A DNA stretch of 64,000 bases. Source: Takakia lepidozioides. Lineage: Eukaryota; Plantae; Bryophyta. The stretch spans positions 45,446,001 through 45,510,000 of the forward strand of contig CM060731.1 of NCBI GenBank assembly GCA_030704615.1, written 5' to 3'. The notes beneath the pieces were generated by a model that was not told the origin of the DNA, made no database searches, and was given only the letters and a program-made list of their open reading frames with translations. Numbering within the stretch: position 1 is the stretch's first letter; every line of letters begins with the position of its first letter. A program made the translations under genes and the position numbers. Positions 55,027-64,000 of the stretch are shown piece after piece.

Positions 55027-58000
55027 TAGAAGGCTTTAACGCATCTTTTATCCCGAGGGGCTGGATAGTTCCACAAAGCTTGGATCTTGGCAGGGTCTGG
55101 ACTGATGCCAGCAGCAGAAAGCAGTTGGCCCAAGAAATGGAGCTGTTCCATACATAAATCACACTTCTTGGCCTTAACCTTAAGCCCAGCGGCATGAAGC
55201 CTGCACACAACCCGCTGTAAATCCAACAGATGAGCATCAAAAGTTGTAGAGTAAATGTTGATGTCATCGATGTAAACCAAGGCACATTCCCAACAAAGGT
55301 TTCCTAAAATGATATCCATTAGGCGCTGAAATGTGGTAGTGGCGTTGCAAAAGCCAAAAGGCATGGTTTCAAATTGAAAGAGGCCCATCCTGCAAGTGAA
55401 GGCAGTTTTCTCTTTAGCAGTAGCAGTTAAAGGAACTTGCCAAAAGCCAGAGGCTAAATCTAAGGAAGAGAAGATAGTGGCCCCATTAAGTTGATCTAGC
55501 GTTTCATTGATGTGCGACAAAGGGTAAACATCCCTCTTAGTGATGGCAACGCAAAAGCGGGTTGAGCCATCCTTTTTACCCACCAATACAATGGGATTGG
55601 CCCAAGGAGATATGGAGGGCGTAATGACACCAGCATCAAGCATTTTTGTAATCTCATCCTGAATGACCTTGCGCTCACGTACACTCTCCATGTAGGCATG
55701 TTGTTTGATAGGCTTACCATCCGTGATGATGTCATGATCCAGAAGGGTTGTACAGCCCAAGTCATGAAGCCCTTGACTGAAGATGTCGAGATTGTCACGT
55801 AGAAACTGGTGCAGGCGACTAATCTGCTGGGGAGCAAGGTGATCACCTACCTTGATATCCTTTAATACTTGCTGGAAATGTTGCTCTGCCTCCGGAGTAA
55901 ATGGGCCTTTGTCAGTGGAACCAGAGTGAGACGCAAAGGCCTGGAGTTGGTCCATAGGGGAGTCCACCAGCCCAATATCATGAAGACTGAGACCTTTCTA
56001 AACAGAGGTCAGCTCAGACAAAGGAGTAGCAGGGAGTCTAGCAAGGACCTGACCCCTACGTATACAGATGTTGATGCGTTCAGGATTAGCAAGAAGTAAC
56101 CGGACCTCACCTTTAAAACCTCGGTCTAAACCCCAGAAGCAATCAGACAGTGCTTTTGGAGGGTAAGTTTCTTCCAGCCCTCAATCTCAAGGAAATGACC
56201 TGTAGGGCAAGCAAAAGCTAGACCTGTAGGTATTATGCGCTGAGAAAAAGCAGGGATGATAAAGTCAACAGGAGAACGTAACAAAAGAGAGTTCTTTGCC
56301 ACGGGCAGTGGAGGTCCAGATTTCTTACCTGGTGGAGGGAATGCCATTGATACAAGGTAGCACCGATTGGGTGGAACTGGCTGAACCTGGCCCAATTATA
56401 TGCAAACCCACCTGCTCCTTCATCTGCTCAGCTTAAAGCTTGAGACTAGAATAGTTGGCCATAGAGGTCCCAGCAGCAATGGTAACATGGTTTAGATTCA
56501 CCTTGTAGGGTTGCCCTTCACCACCATTGTGAAGACACATAATGTTATTCATGATGTCTATGCTGGCCTCTGCACCCTTCATCCAATCCAGACCCAGCAA
56601 AACTTGCTCACCCATGGTGACAATGCAGGTTAGCAAGACAATTTTCCCACTAATGCAGATAGGTAAGGTGACTAACCCGATAGGTTCATAAGCCGTGCCA
56701 TCAGCTATGGTAACCACAAGACCATGAGCAGAGCCAATCTTTAATCCAAGAATGCGAACTGTGCTAAGTGGAATGGTAGACATGGTACAGCCCGTATCAA
56801 TAAAACATGGAAAGGAAAGGTGGCCTACATGGCATTGTGTCATCAACGGGTGAATACGGTCCCGACTGACACGTTTATAGGTGTCACAATGCATGAGTTT
56901 GAAATCACGAGAAAGAACAGCACTTACCAGCGTGTTGGGGTTCTTACCATGGTCATCTGGCACCCTCACAGACGACCTGGTTCGTTTAAAGTACCCTGCT
57001 GTTTCTTATCCCTTTGTACCTGTTCAATTAGGGCAGGCAAGTCAGATTGGTAAGGGCACCACCTGGTGTAATGCTTGATGGACTTGCAAATCATGCAAGC
57101 CACCACTGAGGTCCTGGTGTCATGATGCATGCCAGCATAGGCTTTACTTTGAGTCCCGGATCTGGTAGGGACTGCAGGGTTCCAGCCTACCTCAGCCTTG
57201 AAGGCTTGCAGCTCTCCCCGGATTTCATTACGAAAGGATGACAATTCATGCACAATGGAAGGGACCAGATCTGCTGCAATACCTTTCACCCCAGGGTCCC
57301 CATCAGTAGGCTCTACACAGTGACTCTCACTAGCGAGATGAGTGTGTTTCGTGGTGGCAACTTTAGACAGGCCTGCCTTAGCAACTTTGAGACGTAATCG
57401 TTCTTCAATCAATTCCACCATTTCATCTTCAGTGGTGTAAGACTGTTTTTGCAAAAACACTTTCTCAGCAGGTGACAAGCCTTTTACAAAACAATGTTTC
57501 AAAATAGCAAGTCTCTCTGATGTAATCAAAACCGACTTACAAATTGCAGTTCGTAAATCAGTGTAGTATTTCCACACACTGTCGCCATAATGAAATTTTA
57601 AGTCTGGTGTGGTGTAAGCTATGGGCTTTTCTTCACGAAAGAGCTTGCGAGCCAACTCTCTAGCCTCGACCCACGTAAGATCAATTTTGTCCTTAATGTT
57701 GGACTCAAATAGTTGCCTGGCCTCTCCCTTGAGACAGATCCGAAAGGACTTGACTTGGAATCGTGGAGGAACCCCATTCATTTCAATGTTGATTTCAAAA
57801 AATTCCAAGAAGTCACCTGTCAAAATGTCTTTATAGCATATGACAGTCTGAAAAAAGCAGCCAAAGATCATGGGGACCCACTGATGAGACAACCAAGGCT
57901 GGCAGACAGATGTTGTTGTACTCAGGGTATTGTTGCTTATGCATTCGCTCTCCATGATCAGATTTTCGTGGAGTAGTGTCCGGAGCCTCAGATTGTTTCA

Positions 58001-58249
58001 GCAACATCTTCAAAAGGGGGGGCAATTTCAAATAACCCCCATGGCTTTACACAGCTCGTCCAAATCAAATGTGGGCTGAGGCACAGTTGCCGGATCTTTG
58101 TGATCTCCGGACGACTCTCCATTTTCCATATCATTCTTTTCATTAGTTGCTGTCTCTTCCCTCTCCTCCGCTGCACGTTTTTCCAACTCATTCAGTCCCG
58201 TTGTTTCTTCTGCTTCCCTTTCTAGCATAGATCTTGTATATACAGGCAT
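55027..58249 (-). pseudogene. Outer Gypsy gag, protease, dUTPase-like and RT region
   Basis: ORFs 58028-58249, 56966-57955, 56433-56969, 56126-56395, 54882-55967. Confidence 0.88.
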
Positions 58250-58286
58250 GAGAAGAGAATGTCACGGCTACCTGTCCGAAGGAGCA

Positions 58287-59179
58287 CTAAGCTACGAGTC
58301 CCACCCAGACACATAGTGGGAGGTGATGAAGCGGTGCTTGTGCAGCAGGTACACTCCTTCGCCCAAGAATGCCCACAGCTCGCCAAAAAGCCACGCGCAC
58401 AATGCTGCGCACTACTTTCTCTTTCACCAACAACGTGTGTGCAGGATAGGTTCGAGCTTCCTCGGCCTTGTAGAGACCTACCGTTTCACGCCGAAAACAC
58501 CCCCCCGGAAAGATCAACACATCACTAGGACAAAAAGGAAATTCAGAGTTAGGGATACCCGTGATGAGCTCTTCCCAAGTAGGATCCCGGGTAGGGGCTG
58601 GCGGAACTCGAGGTCTTAAATTAGCAAGCAGGATAGATAGATGTTCCTCCCGTAACCAGTTCCCACAAGCGTAGAGGGCTCGGCTTGTCAGGAGGTAGGA
58701 AGCTCTCAAGCTCCACATCCAATTCTCGACTCACAGAGAATTGTGGGATGCCCAAGACAGCCCAGCTAAGCTTCTCACCACCCTCCAACTGTTCTTTGGC
58801 ACTAGCAAGGGGGATTTGTAGAGTGACTTCCCTGGAGTGAAGTTTGAGGAGCAGGCGCGCAGCATAGGCCCCCTGAAGTGATTCACGAATGTGCCTGCTC
58901 TGCTCCCGCTGCTATGCTTTGGTACGTATGGGCTTTGCAGGCTTCCTTGCGCGCAGTTTCCTCAAATGTTTTGGCCCAGAACTCCGAAGGCGTGTCCAAC
59001 GGGAGCTCAGGGCGCGGAAGAGGTTCTCCTTCCGGGTAATCAACAAAAACCAACTGCTCAGGCAACAGGTTGCGCGCAAGCTCGCAAATGTAGCGAGATT
59101 CCAACGCCGGAGTCTGCTTCAAGCGCGGGACCTCAAATTGATCAAGTTCAAACCAACCACGTTCAGAACTGGAAGCCAT
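58287..59179 (-). pseudogene. Extra ORF of unknown function between the 5' LTR and gag of the outer Gypsy
   Basis: Sense-strand ORF pieces 58883-59218 and 58287-58718 with protein-like composition. Confidence 0.5.
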
Positions 59180-59375
59180 CGCGCTTGTTTGCCAAACTCT
59201 CAAAACACAAGAAAACACGAGCAGTCAAACTCCTCCTCTCTCTATCTGCGTGCGAGACAACAGCCGTCATTTTGCCACCCCTCTCCCTGCAATCATGCAG
59301 AATCCCCCGTACCCAATCTACTGCTCCGTACTCACTAAATCCTCTATCAACGACTTTAGTTACCTCGCATCTCTA

Positions 59376-59916
59376 TGATTCCGGCGCTATGGGTTCGTTC
59401 CCCTTCCTCTACCGGACTTGACCCTATCTGGGGAATGTAGTCAGTAAAAAGGCCTGGCATAGAAGACGAAATCTTTCTAAGAAGACGCCACAGACCCAGA
59501 CCTTCAACACTTTCATCCAACCACTTAGGCACACCGTTACGCCCAACGTACGCTCGCGTAAGACTCAAAAGCCACCACCCTCACTACCATGGCAGTGAGG
59601 CTTAAATAGCATTAGGTCATAATCTAATCTTAGTGTCATGTGACACTTACACATAGGTCCACCAGATGTCATTCCAGCATAGCCATAGAAAAAAGCCATA
59701 TCACCCGGTCCCATCCTAATCTGATCCTAAACTAGCTGTTAGAATAAGACAGCCCCTAATAAAGCCATCAGCTCTCGCCAGCTCATCCTCATGCGCAAGG
59801 TGTAAGTCCATCCAGCTTTCATCCAGGCTTCGTCCATCCCTTAAATCATCCGGAGCGCATCCCTCCTCCATCCATCCATGTTGAAAAGTAAGGTGAGAAG
59901 GAATCCCAGCTCCACA
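59376..59916 (-). repeat. 5' LTR of outer Gypsy
   Basis: High identity to 46980-47519. Confidence 0.9.
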
Positions 59917-61526
59917 TGCCCTTTCTCTTTAATTTTTAAAAAAAAAAAAAACATTATCAACCCCGTCACTGTCTTCAGTAATACCACAAATGCCTGAGAC
60001 CCAGCCACAGGAGTCAGAGTGATGTGGCATTGTACATTTTTTAAGTGGTCGCTAACTCATAAATTAGTTTTGATGTATAAGGTCAATGAGAGATCCAATG
60101 TGCAAGCCTGTCAAATGAAATGCAGGAGCTACACCTCTCAACCTGGATCTGGTCCCTCAAATCCATTTCCTACATGGCATTGAATCTCATATCCCTCCAA
60201 TTTACATCAAGCCAGGACAAAATTGGTTTGACATAATGAAGGCAACAATAGAGTATAAACTATGAACATAGCAGTTGGAGTGGAAATGATTACAAATCCT
60301 TTTCGAAATTACTGAAGTGTGTTTTAATGAAAAACATTTCAAAACTAACCTGTTAATAAGCGGAGATACAAAATCAATCTCCTACATCAGTCACACCAAT
60401 ACATTGGGGAAGTCTGGCACAAGCCCGGCCTAGTACAGCTTGGGACTATTGACTACTTCTGAACATGCATAAAGTTCTACAAATCAAATGGCAAGACTCT
60501 CTAACAGGCCCAGGCCAATCCAAAACAAAAAGCTTCCACTGAACATGGTGCCAACATAGGAAAACTACAGAGCAAAGGCAGAGCCCAGTAGAATATACAT
60601 CAAACTGATTTACCCAGTTAAGGCTCCACTACAACTGTTCTCTGAGCTTCAGTTTTGCCACTGGAACACCTTGATTCATAGCATTTACCTTCAAAAACCT
60701 AACGCTGGGCTAGGTTTTAGTTGCTCACACCAAGAAACCTAAAACCATGCCGCTACATCCAATCCTTCACCCACTTTTGAGGCCCCATACTAAGGAAACC
60801 AAACTTGAGCATAGAAGCAAACCAGACAACTACCGGCCTGCTTTTCATCCTAGCTGGTCAATCCCAATCTAATGCATCTCCCAAGGCTAAATAGAGCTGT
60901 GACAAGGCAAAGCCTTGGAAATACTGCAGCAACTGACAGCAAATTTTCTAAAAAACGTACAGCAAACATGTAGACGCAGCTACCCAACAAAATTGCATGG
61001 AGCTTTAGCTTCCTCACGGGTTACACAACTGAAGCTCCAAGTTTTGATAGGTCACCCCTGTACAATACACAAGATTTCCCTCACTATCAATTCCACAAAC
61101 AAGATTACCACCAACAACTGAGTACATTAAGGTCTACATACAAGAAGTTTCAATTTCAGACAGTTCTCATGCAGGTTAGAAATAATGTCATAGTTTTGAG
61201 AATTTCAGCCATACTATACTCTAATTAGAAAAACCATTATCCTCACTACTTTGTAAATTTCTAAGCACCTGACACCACTGTGGATACTAACCCCAACTTC
61301 GAAAGGTTTAATAGCTGGAAACGAGTTAAACTCACCAACAGGCAGCCTGTTGCCTTCAACAATGGAGGAATCAAGTCATCACATCAATGCCCTTACTGTG
61401 CTTTCACCTCCCGCTACTCAACTATTGCTGCAGACTTCACTTACCATATGGTTGGGATTTGGAGTGAGGCTCTGCAAGTGGGCACACTAAGTAGTTGACC
61501 AACATCATTGCAGAGAAGAGGATTAC

Positions 61527-63663
61527 CTCATCCATAGCATTGGTCTCCTCAACATGTTGATTGCTTGGTGCAATAGGACCATCATTTAGCACAGTTCTTT
61601 TCAAGCCGTCGTCCCCAGGCAATTTCAAATCTGTAGGCAATTGCCCTGATTTGAGTGCCTGTCAAGAAATTCCAGATATTTCAGTATCATTCTAAAAAAA
61701 CGGTTCTGGTTCCCAATAAGCAAGAAGGTATTGAGCACTATTTCAGGTGGTTGCCTCGAAGACATGCACATCTCCAAGACACGAAACAGATACCACATTC
61801 ACCAAACATAGGCTCAGTCCAAAGGACACCAATAGTGAACTATTACAAATCCATTCCTAGTGAGGATGCTTTAAGTTAACTGAAGCAATTAGAATCGATA
61901 CGCTGACTGACACTAGGCTAGCTGGATAAGGCCTAGTTGCTCTCAAATTTGAAGTGGTGGTTTCCATTCCAAGATACAGGTGAAGCATACTTGAAGAGAC
62001 TAGATGTACCTTTTCAAGTCTGGCAACCTCTTCAAGAGTCTGAGAGTTTGCAATAGCAGCCTGCATTAGAAGAGGGTCAAAGTGTCAGTCACTTTTATTG
62101 AAGCCAACACAGGCCACAAGCCTAATGTAGATAACACTACTATCCAAGATATTGTCCGCGTTCTATTGTTCCCAAATCCTTTAAGCCATGGCCCATCACG
62201 AAGGAGCCCGTAGAACGAAATTCTGCTTGTCAGTATCAAGGAAAGAGCCGAGACCCTTTTCTTTGGGGATCTACCTTGATTGCCAGAATCTGCTCTGGAG
62301 TGGGGCCTTTACGAGAGGGTTCCTCCGGTTGGGCAGGGGCAACATCAACAGGAATTTCTCCAGGCACAAACGTTTTAGCAGGAGGCAGATTCTTTGCAGC
62401 AGCTACCCCTTCTTTGGTCCCAAACTGCTTGGTGGCTTCTTGCCTCTCCTGTGCTCAGCCAAAACTTTCACTTACTGTGAGAAGCATGAACCTCAAGAAA
62501 TGCATTGTAAGTCTTTGATCTATAATCCATTGGCCCAAACAGAAAGCCATGACAGTACTTGACAAAGCTGGCTAAAAAACATAGATTATCGTATAAACAA
62601 AATTCTGTGTCTGAATGCATATGCTCAGTGTGCTGAGACACATTAAAGGCTCCATCACCCTCCAGCTGGACAAAACATTCCACGGGCACGTTTGCCTGCA
62701 ATGCACACCATGTGTAACTTCAATCAAAATTTCATACCTTTTGTGTATTTTCAGGTCTCAGATGTCAATTGAGTCCTACATCTCTCCGTCCCCAGAAGGT
62801 GCAAAAACACCCAGCATGAGGAGAAATGAAGGAAATTTACCTTGAGCTTCACTTTTTTGAAGTCGAGGACACGGAGCTTGGGGAGCTTGTGGATAACGTA
62901 GAGACGGTAAAAGGGTTTGTTGATGACCAGGTTATCGAGCAGGCACAGTGTCTGCAAATTCACAAGCGTCCCAACGGGATCAAGGTCCGCCAAGTTCACC
63001 AGTCGGTTGTTTGTGAGCACCAGTGTCTCCAGCTTTGGCAGTAATGCTGCACCCCAGGTCTCTCACACCCTTTCCATCAACACAAATCTCTACAGCACTT
63101 GACTTAAAAAACTAGCATTCCTTCCATAAACATCTACGTTGCTGAGATCAGAACAAAATTTGCTTACAACTATTACTGTCACTCTACTTACACAGAAGTA
63201 CGTACTTCAGTAAGAACGTATCTGCTAGAAGGAAATATAACAGAAACAATGGGTACCTCCAATGGTGGGGCTGATGCGGGCTATTCTATTGTTGTTCACT
63301 AGCAGCGTTGTGAGGCGCTTCAGATAGGGAAACCCTTCAAGTTTCACTATCTCATTATCTGACAAGTCAATGCTGTCATACTGGTCCTGCAACCACCCAA
63401 AGTGACCACAATAGCCAGCCTCAACAACAAGCAGAAGCAGTTTCTGTCCTCTCTCTCTCCCAACTGCATTGGTCAAACACCGCAAGTTATTGCCATAATT
63501 ATGATCTGAACCAGAAAAGCTACAAGGAAAGCAAATGACCCTTTATTCTTTTCAGGAGATCAATAGTGGTGACAACCACTTAGATCAGCGGATCAACAGC
63601 TATTACATTGGACTAGGCCTACCTCAGTGGCGCCAAGGTTCTCAATGGCCGCAATCTTGTTGC
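61527..63663 (-). CDS. SNRPA1: U2 snRNP A' (LRR protein); exons 63663-63623, 63386-63257, 63046-62841, 62448-62275, 62060-62010, 61658-61527; first exon outside window, terminal exon uncertain
   Basis: GNKIAAIENLGATE|DQYDSIDLSDNEIVKLEGFP, YRLYVIHKLPKLRVLDFKKVK, GPTPEQILAIK|AAIANSQTLEEVARLEK|ALKSG; splice phases consistent. Confidence 0.95.
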
Positions 63664-64000
63664 CTGCATTATACAACCGCACACTTTCAGTTTCAACATC
63701 TTCACACCTAACATTGGCCTATTGCTCTCCACAAGGATTACTCATCCCAGTAACCAGGCACATCTCTCTCTCTCCCCCAAACTTTCAAACTTTGGTTTCA
63801 CCGCAGTGCTGAGAAATCACAGAGGGCAACAAGCCACAAGTCCAATGCCCTCCACGGCCCAACACAGAATCATTTTCTAACATAAACTGGTAATGTCCGT
63901 AAGCCCTAATTTAACTCAAGAATCCTAATACTAGGCCTCTACTTATGAGAGCCTTGCGTTTCTAGCTCACTCTACATCACATGTACTCCCATGTTTGGAA

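Larger units (their letters stand above)
46970..59916 (-). mobile_element. Outer Ty3/Gypsy LTR retrotransposon (extra ORF, gag, PR, dUTPase-like, RT, RH, INT)
   Basis: ~550-bp LTRs at 46970-47519 and 59376-59916; TGCC flanks both ends. CMICKSIKHYTRWC, FIDTGCT, YIDDI, TDASD, ILTDQGTEF..NGLIERFN. Confidence 0.92.

Noticed and set aside
60350-60695. Candidate terminal exons of U2A'
   Set aside because: Several AG/GT-bounded options exist and none can be chosen without transcripts

Overview
Eukaryotic land-plant DNA with GT-AG introns. A PLS-type PPR relic, a CKX gene and a cellular-type PIF1 suggest a non-seed plant, but this is inference. Host genes: the 3' end of a PIF1 helicase (+), an intact 6-exon cytokinin dehydrogenase (+), an intact 6-exon COX5B (-) with a decayed partial duplicate and a PPR pseudogene downstream, and most of U2 snRNP A' (-). 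Between COX5B and U2A' lies a ~39.5 kb nested transposon stack (20.4-59.9 kb): two LINE 3' fragments, a CACTA element with a nearby SET-domain ORF, hAT-type MITEs, and two nested Ty3/Gypsy elements, the outer one with a dUTPase-like domain and an extra 5' ORF. The most notable item is an 11,462-bp Mutator-like element (31205-42666, 9-bp TSD with one mismatch) inserted in the CACTA transposase. It carries a DDE+SWIM transposase and, divergently, a multi-exon gene fusing a ParB/Srx-like domain (DGNHR) to a beta-class N4C/N6A DNA methyltransferase-like domain. An intron of that gene holds an array of 24-bp palindromes. Two relics of related elements occur in the same window, one with a different palindrome. 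All TE ORFs are partly decayed. Domain calls rest on motif recognition by eye, not on database searches.
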